This document shows positions 32,454 to 42,629 of a stretch of DNA of 44,570 nt, in pieces. Each line of letters begins with the position of its first letter. The stretch's first letter is position 1. The stretch lies in IMG/VR virus record IMGVR_UViG_3300044961_000356. One strand, given 5' to 3'. Origin of the DNA: a virus. The position numbers and the translations under genes are program-made. The notes beneath the pieces were generated by a model, which was given only the letters and a program-made list of their open reading frames with translations, searched no databases and was not told the DNA's origin.

Positions 32454-32992
32454 CAGGAAAACCTCTTTTTAATCGGGCTTTTGTTGATAAGTGAAGCTGC
32501 TTGCGGACTTCGAGCAAATTTATTGCCAAGCTCTATAATGTTACCAGCCGCTCCAAGCATTCCTTGCATTTTGGCATTACGAGCTTCACCTCGAAAATTT
32601 GCCGCTTGTTGCATACTAGCTTGAGAACGATCAGCTCCTGCACGGGCAGCATCTCGCGCTTCCATTGCACCGATACGAGTTTCTAGTGCACGACCGCCAA
32701 CAAATCCTCCGCTTTGTAGCGATAAACCACTAGCAGCTTGATCTGCAGTAAGTTGAGCAACTCGCCCAGCATTTTCTTGGGACAACCGCATAGACTCAGT
32801 TTGACCCGCCATAGACTCGCGCGCAGCATTGGCCTCAGCAATTTTTGCGTTTTGCTTAGCTATAGCAGCTCGATAGTTTCCTTGAGAAATTGCAGTCGCG
32901 GCACCCAGCGCAGCCCCAGTTGTAGCAACAATGCCAGAAGCACTCCCGAAAAAACTACCAAGTGCAGGAAGAATTGGTGCAACAAAAGCCAT
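32453..32992 (-). CDS. Small internal virion protein (179 aa), Ala/Gly-rich
   Basis: ORF track. Hydrophobic N-terminus, with a position like T7 gp14. Confidence 0.45.
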   Translation of the reverse strand: MAFVAPILPALGSFFGSASGIVATTGAALGAATAISQGNYRAAIAKQNAKIAEANAARESMAGQTESMRLSQENAGRVAQLTADQAASGLSLQSGGFVGGRALETRIGAMEARDAARAGADRSQASMQQAANFRGEARNAKMQGMLGAAGNIIELGNKFARSPQAASLINKSPIKKRFS

Positions 32993-33372
32993 TACACTTT
33001 CCTCATCAATAAATACAACTGCCCTTCATGCTCAACTTCATGTCCAGTTTGCACAAACCCGAAAAACGAGGCGAAACGATACGCAACTTTATCCGCATCT
33101 TCAACTGCCGCAAAAGTTCCTGGCGGGATAAGATTTTGCATACGGCGAAAGTCAATTAAATCTCGCATAGTTACATTCTTTGCAAGCGCAAACCAAAGCC
33201 ATGGTGGTGAGAGCAGCGAACCATAAATAAGACCAATCACTCCAGCATTGCCGAGACGATACGCGACATGACTCATGTTAATAAGTGCGTTCCCGCCAGC
33301 AGCATCAATTTGTCGTCGCGCCCGATCTGTCCAGTCTAAATTAGGGAGTTTATTAATTTCCTTCATCGCCAA
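32992..33372 (-). CDS. Hypothetical virion-module protein (126 aa)
   Basis: ORF track; overlaps the end of the nozzle-like gene. Confidence 0.5.
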   Translation of the reverse strand: MAMKEINKLPNLDWTDRARRQIDAAGGNALINMSHVAYRLGNAGVIGLIYGSLLSPPWLWFALAKNVTMRDLIDFRRMQNLIPPGTFAAVEDADKVAYRFASFFGFVQTGHEVEHEGQLYLLMRKV

Positions 33373-36088
33373 CCTCCACAGATTGCACGAGACTTAGCAA
33401 TGTCGCAGGTAAAGGATCGTCAAGCAAGAAATACGTAAAACTATCTTCATCCCAAGACGAACCAACCGGAGTATGAGCAATCCCGCTTAATGGTCGAATA
33501 GGATTTCCCCAAGGTTCATCCGATCGAGCAGGAAACTCATATACTGTATCATAGCTATCGCCAACTTTAAGAGCTCGACTGTTGGTAAGCCGCATTGTTA
33601 CAGCTATGATCCGCTTTCGCTTAGCCTCAATATTTTCTTCGGGAGCAATAAGCGGCAAAGTTTTTGCTTTGCAAGTAAAACGAAGACCGACAATAATGCG
33701 AGAAGCTGGTTCTTCCAGATGAATTTGACCATCGACAACACGCTGTCTTGCTACCATATTACCATCAGCGAGAATAGAAACCATCTCACCTTCAAGGTGA
33801 TGTAAGCCGCTTACAGAATTAACGGGCATGGTAAGTGACCACTCACCTTCGGTGGCTGGAAAAGTATACGCTTTGTCGGTCTCAGGAACCCAAGTTGTAG
33901 GTTCAATCAGTTGAATTAACTCCGCTCTTGTTGAGGTGTGAGAAGTTACTCGCCACAGCCCATTACCAAGTCGAAGTGCCGCACCAGTGCAATCAGAAAA
34001 ACTTCCGCCTTCAATTGTCGCGTAGTTTCCTTTATGCACAGTTACAGTGCCCGGAGGATATTGAAGCGGGTATTGAAGACCACAGTCAACGCACCAAGCA
34101 TCTTCAATATTTGTAAACTGGCGAAGGTCCATACGTTCGACAAACTTTGTCCACCGGCCAGCGATAAATCGCTCTGCCATGAGATAAACTCGATCTTCAG
34201 TTCCTTCACGAATTACTACGAGATCAGTAAATCTGCCCTGTGTCTCAGATGAAGTCCAAGCAAAAACATCTTCATCAGGAACTGTGGTGAAAGCTAGCAA
34301 CTTTCCATCTCTGCGGATTGACCAGACAACTTTATATGGAGACTCTTGAAATCCCCAAGCTATAATTTCCTTTCCTGGGCCGAAAAGATGATTGGCAAGA
34401 ATGCTTCGATCTTGGCCGCTATATACTCGAGAAAATTCATTATAAAGCAACTCTCGGACAGCATAGCCTTTACCTTCAGTGTAAAGAATTGACGTGCCGA
34501 CACGAATAGGTTGCAACTTACTTGCGCCAGTATAAGTCTGAGGTTCGGCCAAAGCATTCGTCGGCGTTAAGCTTTGATTATTATTTCCGCCACTAAGCAA
34601 CCAAATGTTTTCAGCGGTCATAACCATAAGCCCGCCTCGCATCTGAAATAAATGACGGATAGGACTGACGCCGCTGGAGTCAAGCGTGAAGTCATACGCA
34701 TCAGTAGCAAGAACCAATTCACTACGATTAAAGTTATCAAATCGCCCGATCTGACTTCCCCAAATTGTAATTGGCTGTTCGAGTGAAGCCGCATAAAGTT
34801 GGCGTTGCTGAAAAATAATACTTAGTGACGGGTAAGTTCCGGTGAGCGCTCGTGCCGTTGCCGTTGCTGTTGCTCCACTGCCTCCGCCGCCGGTAAAGGT
34901 AATGGTAGGATTAACATAACCAGCGCCGCCGTTTTCTATCAGCACATTTACAACTTTTCCTGCGTCGTCAATAATTGCACGAGCAGTGAAGCCAGTTCCT
35001 CCTCCAGTAGCGGATACAGTAGGAGGCGAAGTGTAAGAATTTCCTCCGTCAGTAATTCTAACGCTTGTAATTGCGCCTGGAGTAAACGGCGAGCGATTTA
35101 ATGAAGGTGCGCGACCAAAGTCAGGCACAATGTTTGGGTCAGTAAACTTAGTCCCTTTTGTTCGACCAACATAGCCAAGTTCACTCCCAAAAGACAGCAC
35201 TTCATTTGTGCTCACAATAGAGCGATATACACTGTAAGACACTGCGTCATCCGCAGGTGCCCAAGAAATGCTGACAGACCCTTCAGTTGCAGTATAATTT
35301 ACGATGTTAGAAAGCTTAAAAGGATTTCCAGATATGCTTTCCGTTCCATCTTCCAGCGTCTTAGTTACCGCAAAAATAACCTGCGCGTTTCCGCTGCTAC
35401 TACTTGTGCCGCCAGTTATTGACGGCCCTTTTGCAAACTTGCTTATATCAGCTTCAGTCAGCGTCCAATCCGCTTCTCCAAGTCGCGTAAGATCATGAGG
35501 CGGAAAGTATGGCGAAGTTATTTTTACTACATCACGATACTGGTTAAAATGCAAATCATCTAAGTCAGTTTCACTGAAAGGAGAAGCAATCTCATAAACA
35601 GGCTGGTAAGAAGTAAAGCTAACGGATGATGCAATTTCGTCGTGCGGAATTGTGTAGATGTTGAAAGTATCTGAAGTTACATCTCCTACTCGATAGGAAA
35701 TACCTCCAGATTTAATCCATCGACCTTCTGTAAGTCCGTGGCCTACAGCAGTAACTGTTCCGCCCGCCGTTGTGCAAGCGACAGCTGCCGACAAAATATA
35801 ATTTCCTCCTTGAAGAAATCGAATATAATTATGGCCAAAGAGGATTATGTGAGTATCTTCTTCTTCAACTGAAAATGTAAAAGGGAAGTATCGCGTCTTC
35901 CGCGCATCCTCTTTCACATACTCAAAGAATTCAGTTCCGGGTCGAGTGCTCAGTCCCCCGCGATAATCCACAAAAAAATTTGTGGCTTCAGCCATGCCAA
36001 AGTCAAACTTGGTAAGGTCAGTCCGACCAAACAGCGTCGGAGAAATTTCCCCCGCAATAAACGCAAATTTTACCAAATCAACTGACAT
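33353..36088 (-). CDS. Tail tubular protein B-like (nozzle), 911 aa
   Basis: N-terminus AGEISPTLFGRTDL...NFFVDYRGGLSTRPGTEF follows the T7 gp12-type pattern GG-S-QP..R.D....N.....G..RP. Confidence 0.55.
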   Translation of the reverse strand: MSVDLVKFAFIAGEISPTLFGRTDLTKFDFGMAEATNFFVDYRGGLSTRPGTEFFEYVKEDARKTRYFPFTFSVEEEDTHIILFGHNYIRFLQGGNYILSAAVACTTAGGTVTAVGHGLTEGRWIKSGGISYRVGDVTSDTFNIYTIPHDEIASSVSFTSYQPVYEIASPFSETDLDDLHFNQYRDVVKITSPYFPPHDLTRLGEADWTLTEADISKFAKGPSITGGTSSSSGNAQVIFAVTKTLEDGTESISGNPFKLSNIVNYTATEGSVSISWAPADDAVSYSVYRSIVSTNEVLSFGSELGYVGRTKGTKFTDPNIVPDFGRAPSLNRSPFTPGAITSVRITDGGNSYTSPPTVSATGGGTGFTARAIIDDAGKVVNVLIENGGAGYVNPTITFTGGGGSGATATATARALTGTYPSLSIIFQQRQLYAASLEQPITIWGSQIGRFDNFNRSELVLATDAYDFTLDSSGVSPIRHLFQMRGGLMVMTAENIWLLSGGNNNQSLTPTNALAEPQTYTGASKLQPIRVGTSILYTEGKGYAVRELLYNEFSRVYSGQDRSILANHLFGPGKEIIAWGFQESPYKVVWSIRRDGKLLAFTTVPDEDVFAWTSSETQGRFTDLVVIREGTEDRVYLMAERFIAGRWTKFVERMDLRQFTNIEDAWCVDCGLQYPLQYPPGTVTVHKGNYATIEGGSFSDCTGAALRLGNGLWRVTSHTSTRAELIQLIEPTTWVPETDKAYTFPATEGEWSLTMPVNSVSGLHHLEGEMVSILADGNMVARQRVVDGQIHLEEPASRIIVGLRFTCKAKTLPLIAPEENIEAKRKRIIAVTMRLTNSRALKVGDSYDTVYEFPARSDEPWGNPIRPLSGIAHTPVGSSWDEDSFTYFLLDDPLPATLLSLVQSVEVGDEGN

Positions 36089-36740
36089 AAAGAAGACTTC
36101 CTGATGGGTAGAAGAATTGATTGCGAGACTCGTGTCGATAGCCGCGCCCAGTGATCCAATCAGGCAAAACGTTAAACTGCTGTTGTGGCAGATTTGCGCT
36201 ACTCACTCTTGCGGCTAAAATCATATCATTAGCCCGCTCGATCAGCGCATTAGTCAAACTTGTTTTTCCGGTTAATGGTTGCGAAATATGAGCTGCAAGT
36301 CCATAGACAATTGCCATCAGCAAATTATTCGACCACAGCGCCACATTTTCCTGCACGTAAGTATACCGCAGAATAGGCCTGCTTGTGTTGCAGTGGAGTA
36401 GTTTTACTTCGTTTTCCGTGCTTAACTCAAATGGCAAAAAATCTTCCAGATGTTGCGGGCGAAGGCAATCTGCGGGAAGAGCAAAAACATGACTATAACC
36501 TGGCATTGGATGCCCGACAGCCCATTCTCCTTCCGCAACTGCACTAAGCGCAAGACGTCTGGTTTGAGTTGCTTCGGGCCAAGGTGCCGCCTCTAACACT
36601 TGGTCACGAACCAAGTGATACCAGAGTTGACAAACCTCAGCCCGACGCGAGTTTTCAGTTGGTGAAGATATATTAGCGCGCTCACCTACAGCGTTAAGGG
36701 CTAGGTTATATACGCCAATTTCTGAATTTATCTTCACCAA
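36078..36740 (-). CDS. Tail tubular protein A-like (adaptor), 220 aa
   Basis: ORF track (TTG 36740 or GTG 36737). Its position between the head genes and the nozzle supports the call. Confidence 0.45.
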   Translation of the reverse strand: MVKINSEIGVYNLALNAVGERANISSPTENSRRAEVCQLWYHLVRDQVLEAAPWPEATQTRRLALSAVAEGEWAVGHPMPGYSHVFALPADCLRPQHLEDFLPFELSTENEVKLLHCNTSRPILRYTYVQENVALWSNNLLMAIVYGLAAHISQPLTGKTSLTNALIERANDMILAARVSSANLPQQQFNVLPDWITGRGYRHESRNQFFYPSGSLLYVS

Positions 36741-36748
36741 CCGAGTCC

Positions 36749-36898
36749 TTACTTAACCGCCGGTTTTTTCGGCAGTTCAGGTTCTTCAATCACTTCTACG
36801 CTAGAGGGCAACAACCAATCGTCAGGAACATCATGTATCCCCGCTTTCAGCAGCCGATTATCTGGCGTAAACCAGCTCTTGATAACTTTGACCTTCAT
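36749..36898 (-). CDS. Hypothetical small protein (49 aa)
   Basis: Manual translation MKVKVIKSWFTPDNRLLKAGIHDVPDDWLLPSSVEVIEEPELPKKPAVK. TAATG overlap with the upstream gene. Confidence 0.4.
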   Translation of the reverse strand: MKVKVIKSWFTPDNRLLKAGIHDVPDDWLLPSSVEVIEEPELPKKPAVK

Positions 36899-37341
36899 TA
36901 GTTATTCCCCTCCGGATAAGCTTGCCAACCGGCTGGATCAAGAGTAAGGCCGGCAGTCACAACCAGATCGGCAAGCGGACTACCTCCAGTATTAACGACT
37001 TGCAATCCAAGAAACTGCCTATATGCCGCGCCTTCGAGAGGAAGAGCGTATACAAAGCGTTTCTTGGCTGGGAGCGAAGCAATCGGAAGTGCGCCAGTGC
37101 TGATATGCGTTGTTGCACTTCCGTTTGTTGCAGGCACTCCAGTGTTATCCGACACAAGCCGGAACTCCACTGTAGTTGCTCCAGTCGGTGCAGCGTCCAC
37201 CAAAAAGTAAACATACACCGGCTGACCGTTGCCAAGGTCGCGAGCGAAACCGAGAGGAATGGTATCGCCTACGTTGCGCGTTCCAGCTGCGCCAGAAACG
37301 GCTACGCTATCCGCAAACTCAGTTCTTTTATCCAAGATCAT
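36898..37341 (-). CDS. Putative capsid decoration/cement protein (Bbp16-like), 147 aa
   Basis: It lies immediately downstream of the major capsid gene. It is predicted beta-rich, and the pattern VGDTIPLG...GQPVYVYFLV...TVEFRLVSDN recalls the BPP-1 cement protein family. Confidence 0.45.
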   Translation of the reverse strand: MILDKRTEFADSVAVSGAAGTRNVGDTIPLGFARDLGNGQPVYVYFLVDAAPTGATTVEFRLVSDNTGVPATNGSATTHISTGALPIASLPAKKRFVYALPLEGAAYRQFLGLQVVNTGGSPLADLVVTAGLTLDPAGWQAYPEGNN

Positions 37342-37353
37342 GTCACGTTCTCC

Positions 37354-38355
37354 TTATGCCGGAACCAGCGCTTCGTCAGCCGAAAGCGCATCAACTCGGT
37401 GAATGGGAATACCCTGCCAAGTATCCACGCGAATACCAGCAACTTCTTCCACGGTAATGTTGTCCTTGAGCGTAGCAAGTTGCTTCCGGAACATCGACTT
37501 TATGCCTCGATCCATATAGAACACAGGTCGTCCCAGCGAAAGATTGGGGATACGCTCAATTGCATCAAACATCAGCGACGGCAGATTTGCACTGTTGCCG
37601 GTGATTGCAGCATTCAGTTCCGAACGGTCGATATTGCAAATGCGGACAAAATACCGCCAGTCACGAATAGTCAAACCCGCATCCCAGCGATAATGCGACC
37701 GATACGCTTCCATTCGGCCATTGTTTCCATCAGCATTTTCGATGGTCACTTGGCCCTTGTCCTGCATCTGCAAACCAGCCGTGCTGCCCTTGGGAACAAT
37801 CCCAAAACCAGTATTCGGCCCCCAAACACAAAGCCAAATACTAGCGTTGTCAGCGCCGGAACCACCGCCATGAATGACGTTTTCTGCTGCAGGATGACCG
37901 GAACGTTTGTTATATCGCGGAGCAAGTCCAGTGAACCGCTCCGGATACACAGTTTCATCGCCGTAGAAAATAGTCTCCGCCATCGCCTGATTCATGCCTT
38001 CGATGTGAGGCAAGTCTTCAGACAGACGCCACGCAGCAGTGTTGCCGTTAAGGTCAGCCAGCGCCTTATCTACCTCAGCATAGGCTTCAAGCATACCAGT
38101 GTTGTCAGTGACCTGTGCGGTCGTAGACTTGGTAGGCTGGACGCCACCGTAAAGCTTACGCCAAGTCGGTTCGGGAATACCAGTGCGAATAGTCGTCCGG
38201 TGCCCCGTGGTCAAGTTACCCTCTTGGAATGTCATGTCCATGAGGATTTCGTTTGTCTCGTTCAGAATTTCGACAATATCTGCGATCGAGCCGTCAGGAT
38301 TGCTCCGCTTGGCAAGATCGAGAAGAGTCGGATTTGTGTTGGCAAGCACAGCCAT
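37354..38355 (-). CDS. Major capsid protein (HK97 fold, epsilon15/BPP-1-like family), 333 aa
   Basis: NPTLLDLAKRSNPDGSIADIVEILNETNEILMDM...GNLTTGHRTTIRTGIP...WRKLYGGV...FTGLAPRYN...IRDWRYFVRICNID. Confidence 0.85.
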   Translation of the reverse strand: MAVLANTNPTLLDLAKRSNPDGSIADIVEILNETNEILMDMTFQEGNLTTGHRTTIRTGIPEPTWRKLYGGVQPTKSTTAQVTDNTGMLEAYAEVDKALADLNGNTAAWRLSEDLPHIEGMNQAMAETIFYGDETVYPERFTGLAPRYNKRSGHPAAENVIHGGGSGADNASIWLCVWGPNTGFGIVPKGSTAGLQMQDKGQVTIENADGNNGRMEAYRSHYRWDAGLTIRDWRYFVRICNIDRSELNAAITGNSANLPSLMFDAIERIPNLSLGRPVFYMDRGIKSMFRKQLATLKDNITVEEVAGIRVDTWQGIPIHRVDALSADEALVPA

Positions 38356-38359
38356 TTAC

Positions 38360-38950
38360 TTATCCTTTCATACTCGGGAACATACGGGAAGCGGCATCCT
38401 CTGCTTGTGCAGAAGGACTGCCAGAGATCGGCCCGCCTTCATTCATGCGCTGAGCAATCTGATGGAAAAAACGAACAACATGAATATTGTTGCCCGCACC
38501 AGTCATTGCCATGACATTTACAAAGTCTTCATTGCCGAACTGATCGACAAGGCGTTGAATGCCGCTAAGGGTTTGTGTAAATTTTACGCCCCCCAATTCC
38601 GGATCATTCTTCACCTCATCTTGCCACTGCCGTTGTTGGTCAGCGAACTGCTGGCTTGCCGTTTCCGACGCCTGTTCAGCTACCTTCGCTTGCAGATCAA
38701 TCAGAGCTTGTGCTCTTTCTTTGGGAGTCATCTCGGCGTTTAGCACGGACAAGAAGTCGTCCCGAAGCTCGTCAGAGACTATCAGTCCCTCAGGAATAGT
38801 AATATCTTCTGCTGTGAGCGGCTCAACAGGTTCCGGAGGCGGAGCTTCACTTTCCGCTGGTTTATTTTCAGCTTCCGGTGTCGATGAAATCAGACTCGGC
38901 GTTTCCGTTTCTTGCGGCGGCAAGTTCGGCGTCTCTGTTTCTTCGTTCAT
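38360..38950 (-). CDS. Scaffolding protein (196 aa)
   Basis: Acidic, Pro/Glu-rich N-terminus and a helical remainder. It lies directly upstream of the capsid gene. Confidence 0.6.
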   Translation of the reverse strand: MNEETETPNLPPQETETPSLISSTPEAENKPAESEAPPPEPVEPLTAEDITIPEGLIVSDELRDDFLSVLNAEMTPKERAQALIDLQAKVAEQASETASQQFADQQRQWQDEVKNDPELGGVKFTQTLSGIQRLVDQFGNEDFVNVMAMTGAGNNIHVVRFFHQIAQRMNEGGPISGSPSAQAEDAASRMFPSMKG

Positions 38951-39218
38951 CAGCGTTTTCCTTCATCATTTCAATATAACCTTCGGGCGAAACCCTCAGG
39001 AGTTCTTCAAGAATTTGGTTGCCTACGTTCAGTGTTCCGCAATTAAATGACGTCTGCAATGCATTACTCGCGTAAGGTTGTAGACCAACACCTCCGAGAC
39101 GAAGAAGCCACCACAAAAATTTGCGGCCTTGTCTATGCTTCAGTAGTGCGTGAATAGCTTCCTCAATTGCAGCGTCATCTTCTCTAGCCCACCGCCGTTT
39201 CAATATGTTTTCGTTCAT
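38868..39218 (-). CDS. Hypothetical head-module protein (116 aa)
   Basis: ORF track. Its 3' end overlaps the scaffold gene by 83 nt in another frame. Confidence 0.5.
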   Translation of the reverse strand: MNENILKRRWAREDDAAIEEAIHALLKHRQGRKFLWWLLRLGGVGLQPYASNALQTSFNCGTLNVGNQILEELLRVSPEGYIEMMKENADERRNRDAELAAARNGNAESDFIDTGS

Positions 39219-39259
39219 ATCATGCCTCTATGGGATTGTAAAGAAGCCATACACCACAC

Positions 39260-40924
39260 TCAGCTTTGCGCCAACATAACCTGCAGCGCATTTACACCGC
39301 CCCCTACATCTGTCTCAGAAAGTTGTTGCGCTGCGCCGGCAGCTTGATTTATTTGTTCCAAAGCCTGTGCTGCTGCTTGTGCTTCAGCCGCAGCCTGTTC
39401 TTCGGCTTGAATTTGCTCCGGCGACTTCATATTCCGTGCTTCAACTCCAATGTCAATACCATAGTTGCGGATCAGTGCGTTCCAATCAGGAACCTTCCCG
39501 ACTTCCGGAGCGACTTGGAGAAGATTACCGATAAGCTGAAGCCACCGTTCTGTTGGTGCCGCGGACACAGCGCGTTGAGCAGTAGACAAAATACTAACGT
39601 ATTCTATATCAACAGGAGTTCCCGCTTCCAATTCAACGGGCGGTTCAGGCAACAAGCCACGCCGATCCATGATGGAATAGACTCGATTGATTGCGGGAGA
39701 CAAAGCTTCTTTCTCAAAACGATCCAGAACACTGCCGAGAAGCACCAGTTTCTCTTCACGCCGAGCGTCAATTTCAGTTGCGCTACGAACAGTGTCGAGT
39801 TGAGAAATCATCCGAAACAAATCGTTATGTAGAGTTTCTCTAATACGAGTTTGAATTTCCCGAATGTCCTCCACCATTTCTTGTAGTGGTGGTTGGATTT
39901 GATAAAGTGGCTTTGCTCCGACATTATTTTGTCCGCTCACATAAGTAATGCCGTTAGGAAGTAGTGCCATAGGGCGATGCTGAAGTTGAACATCTGCTAC
40001 AATTGGAGGGTTTACAACTTTGTCAATACCTTGCGCTTTTCGCTTAGTTTCAAGTTGTAGCTGGATTACATCAGCCAACGCATCCATTGCCGGACTGGTT
40101 CCGTAAGCATCGTTTGCTGTGACTTCCCAACGAGGAAAAATGCCAGGCAATTCGTTGAAACCTCGACGAGCCAACACTTTGCCTTTTGCTACTTCCGAAG
40201 TTTCCCAATACGTTTCCATATAAGCGAAAGACTGGGAAATGCCACTATCGGGCCGGTTAGGCTCGATCAGATGTGTGATTTTATGTAGCTTAAGAGCATT
40301 AGCCCCGCCACCTTTTGCCGCCGCTGCAATTATGTCACTGCAGTTTTCGGCACCAAACCTTTGCACAAGTTGCTTGGCGCTGTTTTGAAATTCGCGCGCA
40401 AAGGTATCGACAGTTAAGCGATAAGACTGACCAAAATAAAATTCACCCAGTGCGGGGTTATAGCAGTGAATGACGTTCTCGTCATCTTCGTAGATCAAAG
40501 AAGCTGCGCTTCCAAAAGTGCAGAGATCGAGGTAAAGCGTAGCCATACTACTGTAGAAGTTACTTTCCGCCATTACAGAAAGCATTCGGCGCGCAACTTC
40601 TTCCTGCCAGCGCGCCACTTCATTTGATGCCTGCTGATAACCAGAAACTTTTAGCTTGAACCAAGGCCGAGATGGACTGGTAATGCCGTTCATCATGCCG
40701 GAGGCAAGAGTGCGAACAGCCAGCGTTCCTGTGCTGTCTAAGATATGCGGATTTTTGGCATTCTGAGCGCGCCGGTTCTCGTCCCCGCTTTCCAGCCAGA
40801 CGTAACGTTTAGGGAGGAAATAGTCTGCAACCTCCCGCCACAAATGCCAGAAAGGAGCGCGCGAAAGCTTAAGCTCCGCGAGCACTTCTTGCAGCCTTCG
40901 ACCTTCCTCAAAAGAGATGTTCAT
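39260..40924 (-). CDS. Portal (head-to-tail connector) protein, T7 gp8-like family
   Basis: Length 554 aa. WREVADYFLPKRY...GMMNGITSPSRPWFKL is typical of podovirus connector proteins. It lies after terL. Confidence 0.8.
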   Translation of the reverse strand: MNISFEEGRRLQEVLAELKLSRAPFWHLWREVADYFLPKRYVWLESGDENRRAQNAKNPHILDSTGTLAVRTLASGMMNGITSPSRPWFKLKVSGYQQASNEVARWQEEVARRMLSVMAESNFYSSMATLYLDLCTFGSAASLIYEDDENVIHCYNPALGEFYFGQSYRLTVDTFAREFQNSAKQLVQRFGAENCSDIIAAAAKGGGANALKLHKITHLIEPNRPDSGISQSFAYMETYWETSEVAKGKVLARRGFNELPGIFPRWEVTANDAYGTSPAMDALADVIQLQLETKRKAQGIDKVVNPPIVADVQLQHRPMALLPNGITYVSGQNNVGAKPLYQIQPPLQEMVEDIREIQTRIRETLHNDLFRMISQLDTVRSATEIDARREEKLVLLGSVLDRFEKEALSPAINRVYSIMDRRGLLPEPPVELEAGTPVDIEYVSILSTAQRAVSAAPTERWLQLIGNLLQVAPEVGKVPDWNALIRNYGIDIGVEARNMKSPEQIQAEEQAAAEAQAAAQALEQINQAAGAAQQLSETDVGGGVNALQVMLAQS

Positions 40925-40925
40925 A

Positions 40926-41114
40926 TTAACCGCCGATTAAAGAAGTGCGCTGGGTTTCAGGCTTTCGTTTCAATCCCTGCCCGCTTGTAGTGATAAAAGA
41001 GCTTGGACCGCGCATAGGCTCTTGATTTTCCAACCCAGCTGAAGCCTGAATAGGAGAAACTGCCGCGTTAGCTGGCGGTGGAGCAGCGGGGATTTTAGGA
41101 CGCATAAAGGACAT
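40926..41114 (-). CDS. Hypothetical Pro/Ala-rich small protein (62 aa)
   Basis: ORF track; between terL and the portal gene. Confidence 0.45.
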   Translation of the reverse strand: MSFMRPKIPAAPPPANAAVSPIQASAGLENQEPMRGPSSFITTSGQGLKRKPETQRTSLIGG

Positions 41115-41123
41115 TGCAAACTC

Positions 41124-42629
41124 CTAAAGATAAATATTTTCACGGGCAAAAGGGTTATAGTCTGGTGCGACTACAGGCTTCTGCGCTTTAAAAGCTTCAG
41201 ATGCTGTGGAGAATTGAAACTCGTAAGACGGGTAGGCGAATGTGCAAGCAAGTGCGTCAGCAGCATTTGGCGAAGCTACACCACGCCGTCGCATCTCTTT
41301 TTTGCTCTCAAGTTGAATAGCTTCTTTCGCATTCAGGCCGTAAGTCGGGCCGGCTAACTCATCGACAAGAGTAATGTCATCGCCTGTGCTGATATTTGGA
41401 ATTGCGCCAATCGGAAGCCAGTCACGAACCGCGCCCCAAATTTCAGCGCGTTTATTTGCGTAGCGAGTGCTCTCGCCGTAGAAATAATCAGGCTTGCTGC
41501 CAAAATCTACACCGATGACAGGGATGCGAAGTTGCCGGAGGCGGTCTACCACACCACCTCCGACACCTCCCTCATCCACCATGCACACGGTGGCCCCATG
41601 ACGAAGGAAGGCTGCAGCCACTTTACCTGCCAACGTCATAGTATCGAGCCCGTAAAAAATTTCAATTGGGCGGCTCAAAGCATCGCGACCTTGACGAGGA
41701 TAAATAACGCTAGGATCGTCACCAAAGCGTCCGACGTCTACGCCAAGAATAACTGGCCCGCCTTGTGGAACAATTGGACGCTCAACAGCTTCAGCCGCCA
41801 GATTAAAGCTAATAAAGCTTTCAGCATCAACGCGAGGAAAGATGCCGCGCACGCGAATACGGACAAAATCGCTGTCCTCCCCGTAGTCATCTACCCAACG
41901 CTGAAGTTGCTTTTTATTGCTAATGGGAACTGTCCGGCTGTCAATCGCAGCAGCTTGCCAGCGATGTGCAAATTTGCCGCCGGGAAAACAATCGCGGAAG
42001 CGTCCGGTGTTTCGAGTTGGGTTGCCAAAAACTGCCCAAATGATTTGAGTATTTCGGTCAGTTAATGCGCCTTCCGTCACTTCCCAAATTGTGTCGGGAA
42101 TAGCAGAACCTTCATCGAAAATGACAAGAATGCGTTTACCTTGGTTGTGCAAACCAGCGAACGCCTCGGTATTTTTTTCGCTCCAAGGAACCATGTCGAT
42201 CCGCCAAGTTTTCTCGTGGTCAGGATCAACAGAAAATAGTGCGGTGGCAGTTAGCTTGAACAAATCGCGCCCAATGAATAGGCGATACCACTTAGCGACC
42301 TCGGCCCAGGTTTTTGTTTTCAACTGGTTTTCTGTGTTGGCAGTAACCACTCCTTTTGTATCTTCATAGGTGCTAATGGCCCACAAAATAATCCAGGCTA
42401 CCAACGCGGACTTACCAATACCGTGGCCTGATGTGCGAGCGATAAGAATTGCCTCGTCAATGGTTGTAAGGCCAGCAGATAAGTCTTTCAAAACTTCAAT
42501 TTGCCAGTCTAGCGGCCCATCGTGGTCAGCTAGTTCGCTGGGCTCGCCCCAAGGAAAGCTAAAAAGCACGAAACCGTAGGCGTCGTTACTAAACTCTGCT
42601 AGTTGTTCTATAAGGTTAATTTCAGTCAT
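41124..42629 (-). CDS. terL: Terminase large subunit
   Basis: Walker A TSGHGIGKS and Walker B ILVIFDEGS, followed by a nuclease-like C-terminal half. ATG 42629 lies 2 nt after the terS stop. Confidence 0.85.
   Translation of the reverse strand: MTEINLIEQLAEFSNDAYGFVLFSFPWGEPSELADHDGPLDWQIEVLKDLSAGLTTIDEAILIARTSGHGIGKSALVAWIILWAISTYEDTKGVVTANTENQLKTKTWAEVAKWYRLFIGRDLFKLTATALFSVDPDHEKTWRIDMVPWSEKNTEAFAGLHNQGKRILVIFDEGSAIPDTIWEVTEGALTDRNTQIIWAVFGNPTRNTGRFRDCFPGGKFAHRWQAAAIDSRTVPISNKKQLQRWVDDYGEDSDFVRIRVRGIFPRVDAESFISFNLAAEAVERPIVPQGGPVILGVDVGRFGDDPSVIYPRQGRDALSRPIEIFYGLDTMTLAGKVAAAFLRHGATVCMVDEGGVGGGVVDRLRQLRIPVIGVDFGSKPDYFYGESTRYANKRAEIWGAVRDWLPIGAIPNISTGDDITLVDELAGPTYGLNAKEAIQLESKKEMRRRGVASPNAADALACTFAYPSYEFQFSTASEAFKAQKPVVAPDYNPFARENIYL

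Noticed and set aside
36922-38514. A 530-aa plus-strand ORF, the longest plus-strand ORF in the virion arm
   Set aside because: It is antisense to the clearly recognisable major capsid and decoration genes. It has low-complexity Ser/Arg/Cys-rich content, no SD and no coupling to neighbours, so it is a shadow ORF.
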